Shown here: one piece after another, positions 13,646-27,202 of the stretch
How positions within the stretch are numbered: position 1 is the first letter of the stretch
Layout of the letters: each line of letters starts with the position of its first letter
Assembly: GCA_964106645.2 (NCBI GenBank)
Contig: OZ067041.1
Length of the DNA stretch: 64,000 nucleotides
From: Podarcis pityusensis
Lineage: Eukaryota
Reading direction: 5' to 3' (one strand)
Made by a program: the position numbers and the translations under genes
The notes under the pieces: generated by a model
The model's database searches: none
Seen by the model: only the letters and a program-made list of their open reading frames with translations
Told to the model about the DNA's origin: nothing

Positions 13646-16058
13646 GGATAGATATAATTATGATCTCCTGAAAGCTAGGCAATATCCTGATGTCCAGGTG
13701 ATACAGATTATTGGTATGGGGGGGCACTGTGACTCAGTGGGAGAAATCTGCTCTGCATACAGAAGGTTACAGATTCAATCAAGGTGAGTCAATGGTCTGA
13801 CTCAATATAAAGCAAATTCCTATAATTCCCACTTGGTCTTGATCCAGCATGGTGGTTCTTGTGCATCCTGTGACGTCTGTGTTGCAGGATGTTTCTAAAT
13901 GTTGCCGAATAACCACAATGTTAATTTAGGGAAAACATGCAATATACTTTTCCTTCTCAAAAAAAATAAATCCTGGTCCACTATTCTTTTACCTTTTAAA
14001 ATGCAAAAGTTAACCTCTACACTGACTTTTAACAACACTTCATTGCAGACAAGCAACAATGAAATCCATTTATGACCAGCATAAAATGCAGATGAAGACA
14101 TTAAGTTGTTTCTACATTAGTTTTTGAAATGTGATAAAAACTGATATGGATTTCCTGCTAACTTTGATTAAGAATGTAAAAACAGTAAGATTCGCGCAGC
14201 AATAAAACTGCTAGCACATTTGCAAAGCTAAGTATGATTTCAAATTGGATGGACCGCATGCTGAGATATCTGCATTCCAGGGGGTTGGACTAGATGACCC
14301 TTGGTGCCCCTTCAAACTCTACCTTTCTATAATTCTATGTATCTGTGATAATGGGAACTGGAGATGCAGTGGGTCTTTAGTAGATAGAACTGCAGATATA
14401 TAATCTGCAGGCCTGAGATATTCTTAGAAGAGAGAGGCTGTTGGAATAACCAAGGTTAGGATGTGAGAAGAGGAGAAGCATTGCTGGGAGCCTTCTATAC
14501 CCACAAGTTCTCCCTGCATGGTTTAAGGTTCCGTCAGGTGCTATGGCCTGAAGAGAAATACAGGTAGAACAGGCCTGTATGGTTTAGCTCTATCACCCAG
14601 ATCCACTCCTCTGTTCCCTTCAGGAATTTTCAGCTGCTGTGAGGAAACTTGTGTATCTGTGGAGGCGTCCTGTATAAGAGGGATCAGGGTTCAGAGAGCT
14701 TCAGAACCCTGAATAAAAGGGGGTCTTGAATCATGGGGGAAACCTTCATAAGTACAGGATGCTCCCCTGTTCAAGCTCTTCATGATTTGGGGCTGGGAAC
14801 AAATAATTTAGCTCTCCCTTTTGATTTTACACATGAGCTTCTGCATAGGGGTTGACTAGTTTATCTCAGTTAGTTGATCATGGGTTTCCATGATAACACT
14901 TTGTGTCATCAGCTATGCTTCATAGATTAAAAATGCAGACAGCCATGTTGGTCTGTGAGGAAAGGAATGGAAACAGGAGAAAGTATAGTGATGCCTTAAT
15001 GAGGAGGGCCAAGTGAATGTCACAAAACAACGGTGTAACTTTCATGTTTCACAGAACTTTCTCAGGCTGGGTGCTAAAGAAAAAGATGGTGTGAGTCAGT
15101 GGAGCGACAATTGGGAAAGAGAATATTAAAGGTGCTGTTTGTAAAGGGAATGGTAGAGACATGTCTGTAATGTGCCCAGGCTTAAGATGGTGATCCAGGA
15201 AGCTCTTTACAGAGCAATTATGTTCTTTTGTGCCAAGTGTAGAAGATCTCAGGTGGCATCAAAGTGTACAGGAACAGCAAAGCAATGATTGTTTTCCTTT
15301 TGAAAATAGAGAAGCACCCAGTTTCTCAGATCTACAGCTTTGCTAGCACAAGTGGCACTGATAGAGAGCACTCCATCTTTCAAGCAATTTCCTAAAATGT
15401 ACTAGCCCTCTTACTGTCTTGCACACCTATCTGTGTAAATTTATTTGTGGTCCAGATCCAACCTGTGTCATTCTCCAATGATAATCTCCCATGTTCTTGG
15501 AAGCAAAAAGTTTGCATAGTGTATTTCCAACTGTTTCTTAACTAATGAATGAGAAATAGTAGTTCCTGAGGTCTTCCACTAGGGAGTACCATTGCACTTC
15601 TGAATGAGAAAGGCAAGTTGGCAAATGCTTCCAAGGAATGTATGTACCAGAGTGCTTTTGGATTTTTCTGTTCTGTAAAATATCACCACCAACAACATCT
15701 TTGATAGCTATAAATAAATTTGTTTTTTTGATAGCTATAAATAAATTACTTTGTTTACTGTTCCTGCCAGTGCCTGGTGGTTCATCTTAAAGTAAAAATA
15801 AACCACTGAAATGCCAAATTTCAGAGGGCTTGTTTGTTTTAAAGCAACTAGCATAATCGTAACTGTCCATAACAATGAGTTAATCTGAAAATTATTGTAA
15901 TCACTGCAAAAAAAAGCAATGTAGAGTCATCACTCATCACTTTACCAGAGTATCAAATTACTGCTGGTATTTTTGTTTTAGGGTTGTTGTAAGGAAGAAA
16001 AGGGCAGCAGGAGAACCACATATATCATCCACCATAGGTTCCTTGGAAGAAAAAAGTA

Positions 16059-16060
<2 letters not shown>

Positions 16061-16095
<35 letters not shown>
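16061..16095. repeat. (TA)n microsatellite
   Basis: Directly visible. Confidence 0.95.
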
Positions 16096-16100
<5 letters not shown>

Positions 16101-17034
16101 GTAGAAGGTCCTAAGTTCAGCTTCCAGTGTTTCCAGTTCCACATAGGGCAGGAAAGACTTCTGTCTGAAACCCTGGTGAACTGCTGCCAGTCAGTGTAGA
16201 CAATATTGTGCTAGATGGACCAATGGTCAGATTTGCTGTTATGCAGCTTCCTGTGTCTATGACAGTTATGCATACCAGAAATCAAATAAAAACAAAATCC
16301 CTATGAAGTTTAATGAATAATTGTTCAGATTTATTGAAATTTCAGATCTCCTAATTTCTTATCCTGACTTCAGCTAGTTTAACAGTACAAAGAGCAGAAT
16401 CCTACCGCTTTTGCCAGTGAAACAAGACATCACTAGTTCACATGCCTTTGTGTAAAAATCTTGTCTGATCATCAACATAGCTCAGTTAAGTGCACAAGTC
16501 TTCTAAGAATTGAAATATTTCAGCACTTCTCTGGCGATCGGTTTCTTCCTGTTCTCTTTTTACTGATATGCACTTCATAAAAGTGACACCCTATCACAAT
16601 CAGTCATTCTTTCTTAGGCAGCTATAAAAGTACATTGGAAACTGCAGATAAAAACTGGCCCCAAGATCCACTCTGTTTAAGTGCTCATCCTGGGAGCACA
16701 ACCACCACAAGAATCATGCAACATTAACATGTCTGCCCTTGCGTCAGTGTGCAGCCAGTCACACTGGCACTACAGGGTGGCACAGAGTCACTCTGTTGGA
16801 AATAGCCACCAGCAGCAGACATCCCATGAGGGCATTGGGCCAGGTAGGATGCCATTCCAGGTAGCACAATCACAGCATCACACATTTCTTTTTAACGAAG
16901 GTATTGGGCTTTTGAAAGAGCTTATTTTGGCTCAGAAAAGGTGGCTGTTTCCACTTCTGCATACTTATCCACAGGATCAGGAAAACAGGTTGATAAGGTA
17001 ATTCATTGTATTGACTGGAGGTAGAGTTTTTTAT

Positions 17035-17455
17035 TGTTTCATGCTACCCCAATCTCTGAGCAATATGAGATTTCAGGGGTTCCATGTGCTCACCCGAGGT
17101 TCATATTTCTTTTGGGAACAAGGCACAGAGGAGAATGTGGTGTCTTCATGATATATGGTTTATTTACACCCATATATAACCTGAGCCTACGATGGATGTG
17201 TTTGTAGCATCAACACCCCAAAAAGGTATTGATCTCCCATAGCCACAGCCTTGGATTCAAACAGAAATCAAACTTTGCTCTCAAACATTGCTCTGAGTTT
17301 TTCTCTAGCCCATCTTGCCATCTCTCATATAGTCCCTTTGCTTCATTTATCTTAACTGCCCATCACCGAGGCTATCACCTCAACACAAGAAGTAAGCCTG
17401 GCTTATATTTTAACACTTGCTGGAAAATAAAAGAAATTACTAAGATAACGTAACA
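17035..17455 (-). mobile_element. Solo-LTR-like repeat (copy 1)
   Basis: Reverse-complement similarity to 19500..19860 (tgtggtgtcttcatgatatatggtttattta vs taaataaaccatatatcataaagacaccaca); TG...CA-like ends; internal AATAAA on minus. Confidence 0.6.
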
Positions 17456-17539
17456 CCTCCTGCATTAATGCTTTTTTGTTTTAAATGACTCACATTACCA
17501 AGAGCTTAGAGGCAGGCAGTTATGACAGAATGTTTCTTT

Positions 17540-17630
17540 CAGAAGAAAAACAAGACTGGAAACAAGACTGAAACAAGACTGAAAGAAGAAAAACAAGAAG
17601 AAAAACAAGACTGAAGACTGAAACAAGACA
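17540..17630. repeat. Degenerate short tandem repeat (aaacaagactg-like)
   Basis: Repeated aaacaagactg / aagaagaaaaacaag units. Confidence 0.8.
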
Positions 17631-18175
17631 ATTTCCTTGTCTTCAATTTAAACTTTAAACCATGAATTAATGCTGCAAAGGTAGATAACATTATTATGTT
17701 ATCCTTTAGTGGCTAGGGAATTGCCAAGTGCTTTAGTTCTTTGTCTCAGAAGAAATGAGACATGTTAAATTAACGAGACAATGACTTTCTTTCTGTGAGG
17801 TATAAAAATCAAAGACTATTTTGCTTTACAATGTAAATTAGTGTCACACAGATGTCATACCCCAGAAGAACAGCTTTATCAGAACTGCTTCAACTGTTGC
17901 TTTGCCCTACTCATGTTCTGAATATGTGTTGGGACATGGCCAGAAATGAGAAATGCAGTGCATGAACACAGACAACCACAGCAAGGGGTTAGCTTACTAT
18001 AAAGTTCTCAAGGGCACTTGATAAGCTAGTGGTCCAAACTAAACCAGACCAAAAGAAGTCCTATGCGAGTTATCTATTGCAGGACAATAGCATTTAAGTG
18101 ACTTCAGGGTGCTGGTGCTGGTGTTTGGAATGTCACCCTGTTTGGAATGTCACCCTGTTAAAATATTGTCGACAC

Positions 18176-18310
18176 CAGGGGTAGCCAATGTAGTGTCCTT
18201 CAGATATTGTTGAACTCCAACTCCCATCAGCCTTAGTTATTCTGGACAATGATAAGGTACAATGGGAGTTGCAGTCCAATAACATTTGGATAGCAACATG
18301 TTAGCTACTT
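18176..18310. mobile_element. Old hAT-type fold-back MITE
   Basis: caggggtagccaa...aactcccatca...atgggagttg...ttagctact inverted symmetry; relatives near 49380..49510 and 49650..49783. Confidence 0.6.
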
Positions 18311-18863
18311 TCAGTCTACATTCTATGCAATTATGGACTATTTGTAAAGAACTGGAGCCATTTTTAAAGTGAACAAGCTATTAAGGTCCAGAACATGTAA
18401 TATATGGTCAAAATGCACCAGAACAGTGGTTCCCAATTAGCTAATTACTGACGACTCCCTATTTTTCAAATCCAAGCCACAGACCCCCTACTTTGATCTC
18501 TATGGTAGTTAAACAATAACTATAGTAAACTACAGTCTTCATAAAAGTTTTCAATGGAGTGCATAGCACCTGCAATAAAAATAAGAAGCTACAGACAACA
18601 ACTGATTGAACAGAATTTGATCTGAAGCACAGCTTCTTTTTAATTATTTCCCCCCTCAGTCAGTCACTATCATTCTGCCACTCAGGCTCATGGCTTTATT
18701 ATAAATATTTTTAAGACACTGCTAATTACAAATTATATAAAATTAAACCCTGCAAAGCCGAATGTATTGATTTACGGCAGATTATTAGCGTGCAAGCAAA
18801 TCGGTCTGTGTTTCTAGAATAAGACTTGCACCAGACTTTCAGCTTAAATGTTGAATCTAAAGA

Positions 18864-18960
18864 ATGATGATGATGACGACGACGACGACGACGACGACGA
18901 TGATGATGATGATTTATTATTTGTGCCCCGCTCATCTGACTGGGTTGCCCCAGCCACTCT
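18864..18960 (-). repeat. (GAT)n(GAC)n(GAT)n microsatellite at the tail of an L2 3'-end remnant
   Basis: Trinucleotide run 18864..18913 followed by ccccgctcatctgactgggttgccccagccactctg, matching the L2 3' end at 12265..12300. Confidence 0.8.
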
Positions 18961-19499
18961 GATCTCCCTGCAGAGTTGTAACCAAACTGACAAACAGCTC
19001 TCAGCCAGCAGCTACTTACATGTGAGGGGACTTTATATTTGAGAAGCCTTAATTAAAAAGCTGAAGGGGACTCTTGTTCCAACAAATTTCTATCTTCTTG
19101 GCTAAATATGAAACAAATATTTAGAAGAGGAAGCATATACATAGGGGTGGGGGAAAGCCAGAAGTAAATTATCTACTTTAAAGAAGTATTTCAGAACAGG
19201 TGCTGATGTATTTTGAAGTAGGCATTTGCTCATTTCTACAGCCTTCTACAATGGAAGATCAGATTATATGGAACAGCCAGCATTGGCTTTTGTACTCGGC
19301 TCCTGTTGTTCTGTTGCACAATGGCTGCTGGGTTTGTTTTCTTGTTCTATGCATGTCTCTAATCCTTTGAGTTATGCTAGCAGCTGGGCAAGTTCAGAGA
19401 ACAGTGAACAGGCACACACATGGCTTGGATGCCAGGACTCGCCAACTCATCCTTCATGTCTCTCTTCTCCTCCACCCCCATCCTTTCTCCAGGTTCTCC

Positions 19500-19860
19500 A
19501 GCCAAAGATTAGTGTAGAGAGTTAGAAGCAATGTGAGCTAGAAGCTTAGAGCAGAGTTAGGAGTGATGCCATGGAGAAGGCAGGCAGCAAGTGCAAAGCC
19601 AGAGAAGCAGAGCACAATGTTTGATGTCTGTTTGAATCCAAGGCTGCAGGTATGGGAGAAACCTTTTGGGTTGTTAATTGCTGTGAGCCCCTCCATTGTA
19701 GGCTTCAGGCTGTGTATATATGTATGTATAAATAAACCATATATCATAAAGACACCACAGTCTCCACTGTGCTTCATTTCCAAAATAAAACACACACCCT
19801 GGGTGAGCGCTTGGAATCCCTGGAATTTTGTACCGCTCTGAGATTAGGGTGGCATGCAAT
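19500..19860 (+). mobile_element. Solo-LTR-like repeat (copy 2)
   Basis: Same family as 17035..17455 in opposite orientation; left boundary approximate. Confidence 0.6.
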
Positions 19861-22149
19861 AGCGTTTTAGACCATTGCTAGGAATGTTTATGTTTAATTT
19901 ATGCCTGTAGAATTAACATTCTCCACATCGAGTGTGTATTACATGGCCTAAATATTTTAAAATTCACTAAGCAAGTACTTAAATTCTGTCCTCCTCTGAG
20001 GTTCTATCCTGATATGAAAACAAAACAAAGCTGTTTGACATGCTCCCTATGTTTTCCTGTGAACAATTAACTGTATTTAAGGATTTAAAAGCTTTGTGCC
20101 AGTTTTGTTTGGCAGTCATGACAAATGTCTTTTGCATTTTTAGCACTTATCTAAAAGCAGGAACACATCCTGCCTTGAAGCTTTTATTCATGACTCCAAA
20201 GTCATTTGGAGCCTGTAGATATTTTTCCTAACACATTTTCCTAATATGGTTGGCACTATGTGGGTGCTAATCTGGAGTAGTTAAGAGGCTCAGTTTCATC
20301 TCCCATACAATGCACTAGAGGTATACTTAAGGCTGATAATGTCGTTTGGCTAAAGCATCCTGTTTAAACTACATTCAGGATATGGTTTGGATTACTCAGG
20401 GGCAACTATTCCAAATAATGTATGGTGATGATTTGCAGTTGATCCGGCTGCTAACATAAAGGGATAGTTAATTAATGAAACTCCACAGCCTTTGTAGGCA
20501 GATGGGGAAAAACATAAGCAGTAAACTATCTCGCTTTTAGTCTGCTCATTAGATATTAAGAGTCCATTAACCATGTAATGCACTCATTTAAATTTTGGTT
20601 AAGGCCTTCAAGAGATTTGAATTACTCTGTTTAAAAGCCACAGAAACTAAAACCAACATACACAGAGAGAGTGATCTGCCTAGAGAAGAACAAACACTCT
20701 TAGCTTGCCAGTTACTCACCTGTCCCCCAATTACCGAGTAGGACTGTGTATACACCATATATCTAAGTCACTACCTGAAGAATTATTGGAAGCAGAATTT
20801 GCTCAGGGGGCTGGGAGTTGTAGCTCTGTGCAAAGCAAACTAGAGTACTCTCCCCCTTTGTGGGGGAGGGAAGAAGAGATGTCCTTTAAATGTATGGTGT
20901 GTATGCAGAATATAGACACCTGGCCAATATGTGGCTGTCAGCCTATGTCTTGAGGACCAAGTCTACTTCTATGTCCACTAAATCCACTAGATCACACTAA
21001 CTCATGTTAGGTCAAAGTCACCTCTAAATATACAAATAACTTTGCTCACCTTGACAGGACCAAGAGACGCACAAATGCTTGGCCTCTCACACATTTCCCC
21101 TTGTTATCTTAGCATTAAAACAGAAAATAAGGCTAGCTGCAGTGAGGGAAATGTACTTAGCACATGTTCAGAGCCAATCTAGGATCCTCTGTGTAAATGC
21201 TTGCAAGTATTTCTCATTTCAACATAGTATTTTATTTTACTGTAAAAATGGTTGTAAAATCAATCCAGAGGGAGTGTTTTCTGATGATACATAGCATATG
21301 AAATGTTGGAAATACGTTTTACCAAGTGCATGGTCGTTTTCAGTCATCAGACATATCAGTCCTGCGGCCTATAAAAAGCCATGGCAGTATATGCCACGTT
21401 TAGCTGAGAGAAACACATGTTTTCTGCAGTGAACTAAATGGAATGTAAAGGCTGTTTTTGATTGTGTTTACTTAATTAAGATTAAAAAGACGCACTGCTG
21501 TATGTTCAAGCTGAGCCTTAGTCTGTGGGAAATGTCAGGCAGCATTAGGCTCACTGTCGACACTGGCCTAATTTCTGTTGATGTTAATTAAAAAGTTTTA
21601 GTTCGCCAAGTCAAGGAGAAATAGTGGTTGATGGCCCTGAAATTAATTTAGAAAGTGGCAACTTGCTTTGTCAATCCTCATGTACTTGAAAATAACTCAG
21701 CAGGTTGGAGGATATAATCCTTCAGTTCAGATGCTTCCTGACTCCTTTTAACACAACACCATGCCTGGCCTTCTTCAAAATCCTGCCAGTGCAATTCTAT
21801 ACATGTCTGCTCAGAGGTAATCCCCACTGTGTTCAATGGACTTACTTCAAGACTAGGATGTAGATTTGTAGCCTGGCAGCATAATCCTCTGCATATTTTA
21901 CCCAGAGGTAAGTGGTACTGTGGGCAAACAAAACTTGATGAATTTTCACTAAAGTCCTCTGGAAGCAACACGAAACTATGAAACCAGGGAAATCCTGGCT
22001 GTGAGTCCTGGAGGACCTGCTTCTTGCCTGGCAGACCTTTTCCCCCTGGTCTAGGAGGGATGGGCCCTGACTGACTCCAGCTACAAAAGCTGAAGCTGCT
22101 GAACAGAATCTTGGACTGTGGGGTTAACTTGTGTGGATTATTTTTCTGA

Positions 22150-23250
22150 GGGAGGGGAGATGTGCCTGGGAAGAGAGGAGCTAGGGAGAGGAAGGGGACA
22201 GTTGCAGTGGTTCAGGGAAGGAGGAGGTATGGTGTGGAAGGTGAGACAGCCCGGGTAAGGGGTACACAGCACTGACAGTGACTCTGCCGTGTGCCCATTC
22301 CTCCTCCAGCCTGGGAAATTGTTGTCCTATCAGCCAGCTGTTGGGTCTGCAGATGCTGCTGCTGCTGAATGCCAGGTCACCTCTGAACAAGACCTCCCTC
22401 ATCCATGATCAGATTGTGGATGAGGAGGCTGATCTGACCTGCATCACTGAGACCTGGGTGGGTGAGCAAGGTGGAGTTTTTCTCACCCAATGGTGCAGAA
22501 TCAGGGCAGACTTGAGGGTCTGGGAGGGGGAGTTAGGTAAAGGTAAAGGGACCCTTGACGATTAGGCCCAGTTGTGGCTGACTCTGGGGTTGCGGCACTC
22601 ATCTTGCTTTATTGGCCGAGGGAGCCGGCGTACAGCTTCCGAGTCATGTGGCCAGTATGACTAAGCCGCTTCTGGCAAACCAGAGCAGTGCACGGAAACA
22701 CAGTTTACCTTCCCGCCAGAGCGATACCTATTTATCTACTTGCACTTTGACATGCTAGGTTGGCAGGAGCTGGGACTAAGCAATGGGAGCTCACCCCGTT
22801 GCGGGGATTCGAACCGCCGACCTTCTGATCGGCAAGTCCTAGGCTCTGTGGTTTAACCCACAGCGCCACCCGCATCCCGGGAGGGGAAGTTACTGTGGTC
22901 TACATAAATTCTCTCTCCCCCCCAGTTGGTGGGGGGGGGGGTTTAGAATGTGTGCTGGTCAATCAGGACAGATTAGGGATTCTGCTGGTTTACCACCCGC
23001 CTTGCTGTTTAGAAGTCTCCTTACCTGAGCTGACAGAGCTGGTTTCAGAGGCAGTGTTGAGGACTCACAGCCTGCTTATTTTGGGGAACTTCAACATCCC
23101 TGCCAAGGAGACTGGCTGTGGGGTGGCTCAGCACTTTATGGTTGCCATGAAGACCCAACATGTCACGATCCCAACACATGCAGCACACCACACTCTGGAC
23201 CTTGTTTTTTCAACTTGGTAGGAAGAAGGTGGTCTGAAAGTGGACTTGCA
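22150..23250 (+). mobile_element. Degenerate L2-clade LINE, APE endonuclease region, interrupted by a Sauria SINE
   Basis: Translations LLLNARS..NKT..IHD, CITETW, LLVYHPP, ILGNFNI, PTH...HTLDLVF are APE motifs; frameshifted. Confidence 0.85.
22536..22878 (-). mobile_element. Sauria SINE, full length
   Basis: Tail gtaaaggtaaagg, head ending cgcatccc; 14-bp TSD gggaggggRagtta (22522..22535, 22879..22892). Confidence 0.92.
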
Positions 23251-24024
23251 AACTCCACCCATTTGGATTTCTTTATAGAGAAAAAAATAAATCACACCAT
23301 GAAACTTTATGAAAGAGGCATTTCTATGAGATGCTGACTTTCATCAACGTTTCAGCTCATTTCTCCCTGTAATTCACTTCTGGGATATGTGAACAAATAT
23401 TTTTGAACTGAGTCCAGGATTTATTATCTCAGAATAGTTGATTATGTAAGCACCCGCCCTTCTATTGCCTCACAGGAAGCTCTGAGGATCATGCCATAAG
23501 ATGCTTGTTAATCAAACAGAAGTATGTTATATTTCTGTAGCTTTGCAGTTTAGATTGCCAACCCAGCGCCAAGTTCAGCAAGTGCTAAGCCAGTCTCACT
23601 GTCACGCTGAATGCTAATTAAACCGAGTTGTATCATGCTTTTCTCTTTTGCTTGCCATCTGTTTACTCTGATCATTTTCCCCTCAGAAAAATCAGCTTTC
23701 CTTTCCTACTTTCATTTGCATGATCAAAATGCAGCATGCTTAATTATGAATTATAACTGTGCACATTTGAAAACTAAATCAAGGGAAAGCAACTCCAAAA
23801 AGTGTTTCTTTTGAGGAGAACTGAAGATTTGGTGTTCATTTCCTTCAGATTTTGATTAGTTTAAAACGTGAGGTAACGTGCGTGTTCATCTCACCAAATG
23901 ATGTTAATTTTTTATTGTCACACAGTAAACAAAAGGTAGCTGTGCTGACCAGAAACAAAATGGATTAATGAGAAGAAGGCTGACTTGGGGTTAAAGTCAC
24001 AAGGTCTCCAACTCATGGATTATG

Positions 24025-24534
24025 CAGTGGTTTTCAACCAGTGTGCCGTGGCACCCTGGGGTGCCTTAAATGATGGTCAGGGGTGCAGCGGACAACACTG
24101 GTCTCTGTCCCTCTTTCCTTCCCTCCCTTCTCTGATACCCTCTTGCGTCTCTGCCTCCCAAAGGCGTGCACAGCTGTTTGTTGCATTAGCCTTGGCTACA
24201 AGCTTCCCAGGCGAATGGTGCCTCTGGACCTGGCCAGGGGGTGCTTCCCAGGCCCCTGTGGGGCAGTATGAGGAGACACCTCTCTTTGGGGCAGAGGGGC
24301 AACTCAGAGACCAGGGGCAGCAGCTGTGGCTGCCCAGAGGACTCCCAAGGAGAGGGGAGAGAAGAGGAGGCTGAGGGAACACTCCACAAGGGAGGGTGTT
24401 TGAAAAATGGTGAGAGGCTGCCAGCTCTGCAGGCAAGGGCTGACCCAACTAGGCTCCTGGGCCCCACTGGGATGCCACAGAACAAATGTAGTTGGTCAAG
24501 GGAGCCATGGAGTCAAAAAGATTGAAAACCTCTG
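24025..24534. mobile_element. hAT non-autonomous element
   Basis: TIRs cagtggttttcaa / ttgaaaacctctg; flanks share gattatg (7 of the expected 8 bp). Confidence 0.8.
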
Positions 24535-25552
24535 GATTATGGTACAAACTAGTAGATTTAATAGGTTAGGCTCTTATAAGTTTCCAAGGCTTCAGCGTTT
24601 AGCTGAAATTTTTCTCCACCCAAAACCTGTCTGCCTTCTTTGCTTTACACCCAGCCCAACAAAGAGTTCTGGAGAATTCTAAAGTTTGCTCACTATTTTT
24701 GTTATTTTTGTGGGCTTAACAGACATCCTGACACACTATAGATTATGGATATAGATTATACACATTTTTGTACACACTATTTGGCTGGAGATCTGTATCC
24801 CCAAATTAGATGAACTACACATTTCAAAGGAGCATTGTGTTTCAAGTTTGCATATTGTTTCAATGAGAATTAAGTAGGTTCACATTAAAATGTAGACCAA
24901 GCCAAATTCTTCCCCACCCCTACAATGCATAATGCCTGAGAGCAATGCTACTTTTCGAGATAAAGAGCTGCCGGAACTCACCATGAACTCCTCCCTCTTT
25001 CTCATAGAATAAAAACGAAACTCTCCATGTGAGGAGATCAAGCTTTTGTAGTCTTTTTCGCAGCCAGTAGTTTCTTTGTTTCATCAGTTGTTTGGTTGTT
25101 GAGAGGTTATATATATTTTTTAAAAACGTGGGTGTTATTTAGAACTACTGCCCAACAAAGTCACCTTTGAAATCTAAGTACCATTTTCCTTGTTGCTTTT
25201 GAAATTCAGGTAACCAAGGGTTGCCTCACAGCCAGCAGTGTAGCCTATGCTGCATTTAGAAATGGGCAGATGCTTAACTTTTAAAAGTCATTATTTTCTA
25301 GTAGATTCCTGGAATGTAAATTCTTGGCTTTGCAACTAAAATAACAGAAAACCAGTTGTGGCAATAAGTAAATATATATAAAAATCCCATTATCACCACA
25401 GCACACAGGAAGAACTTGAAGAATGTATGCACTGTGTTAGGCTACTTTTTTTTATATAAAAAAAAAAGGTGAGTGTTTCAGAAATCCCTTTGCCAGGAGG
25501 TAATGAAGAGGACCCAGTGGGTCGGCTTTTAAAGAGGATTAGGCAAATTCAT

Positions 25553-25815
25553 GGGACGCAGGTGGCACTGTGGGTTAAACCACAGAGCCTATGGAAGACA
25601 CAAGAACTTCCCACGCTGGAGGAATGGCAGATGAAACTGATGGACTATATGGAACTGGCGGAAATGACTGGCAGAATCCGTGACCAGGGAGAAGAGTCGA
25701 TGGAGGAAGATTGGAAGAAATTCAAAGACTATCTGCAGAAACATTGCAAAATTAAAGAATGCTAGAGTGATGTTGGATTGAAAATAAGTGGCTCCCAGCT
25801 GTACAGGATTTAAAG
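25553..25815 (+). mobile_element. Sauria SINE 5' head joined to an L1 ORF2 C-terminal fragment
   Basis: gggacgcaggtggcactgtgggttaaaccacagagccta (25553..25591) followed by WKTQELPTLEEWQMKLMDYMELAEMTGRIRD, paralogous to the end of ORF 27190..28233. Confidence 0.8.
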
Positions 25816-26565
25816 TTATATACTTTACAATATTTCAATGAATAGCTAGCATTGAAATCCTCTTCAACTGTTGCTTTTTATGCTGACCTCTAGCGGACAA
25901 AATGAGTAATAAATGGAATAGAAACAAAACCAGAAGATTACAGATTAGCTGTGTTCATATATGAATCGATACATAGCACCATTTTTTAAGCAGAAGACTG
26001 CAAGTCCTTGCAGGGGACCTAGTCCATTTTGAAATATGGCCATTTGTTATCTTATGAGAGAGGGCTACTTTTTAATCACATTGAACCTGTTTATAGTGAA
26101 GTGTATATAACTGATCTACACCAGCAAGTATTTAAAAAGCTACGAAACATTTGAGGACAACTAGTTTATTATGGCATAACTGAAATCCTATGTTACTTCA
26201 CCGGGTACATGAAATGAATTACTGTGCCTTATGGAGGATAAACAGAGCTGACAACCTAGCTAAAAGCTAAATATAATGGGTATGCAAAACACACCCTCAT
26301 TTTTGGAGCATTAAAAATATAGGATCATTCAAATGTAATGCCAAACCATGGGTTGTTGGTATGAAAATGAATCCTAAGAAGCCTTAGTGCTTTGTGTTCA
26401 TGTCACAAATGATAGTCTGCCCTTTTTTTTGTAATTCTGTATACTATGGTTTGCCGCAAACTGTGTTTGAAAGTTTCCAACTACCATAAAGTTTCTAATT
26501 ACTACACATGATGGCAGAATGAAGGTGGAAGAAAACAGTACATTCATAAAACTAAAAAAATTCCT

Positions 26566-26642
26566 TCCAGTACCACCTTAGAGACCAACTAAGTTTGTTA
26601 TTGGTATGAGCTTTCGTGTGCATGCACACTTCTTCCGATACC
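26566..26642 (-). mobile_element. Penelope-like element terminal fragment with mutated hammerhead motif
   Basis: Minus strand ggtat-CGGAAGA-a-gtgtgcatgcacac-GAAA-gctc-atacc; same family as 37480..37618 and 45344..45485. Confidence 0.65.
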
Positions 26643-27202
26643 TTCTTCTTAAAACTAGACTGTGTGTGGTATCCAAAAAAGGAGTTAATTTATCACAAGG
26701 ACTTCTGGCTGCACAACAGAACTCCTCCCTCTCTTCTTCTTCCACACCCCCTAACACTGTTCTGAGTCTTTCCCCAGCCTTCTATAGCAGATTTGGAGGT
26801 GGCAAGGGGGCAGGTGGGGAGATGAGAGGAAGGGTAAGTTCTGTTGCTCAACAAAAATCCTTGCACTAGCAGAACTACTTTGTTAGATCCCACCCTAGGG
26901 TTTACAGTCTTATAATAGCGAATGCAAGGAACAACCAGGTGAGAAATGGCTTATTTTAAAATATATATATATGAGGGAAACACTCTCAATTCTTTCTCAA
27001 AGCCCAAGAAACATAATCAATGTATAACATTTAGGTCACTGAGCTTTGCATACACCCCAAAATCCTTAAAGAATTAAAATGTTTGGATGACGACAACAAC
27101 AACAACAACTCCTAACTTAAACCAAGCTCTTTTTTTTGGAAGATTAGAAGGCAGTTAACAAGCAATCATTTTTTGAAAAGGTATCCAAGATGGAGAAAAA
27201 TA

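Noticed and set aside
23985-24682. Cluster of overlapping 60-130 aa ORFs
   Set aside because: Lie within a GC-rich hAT non-autonomous element; no protein motifs.
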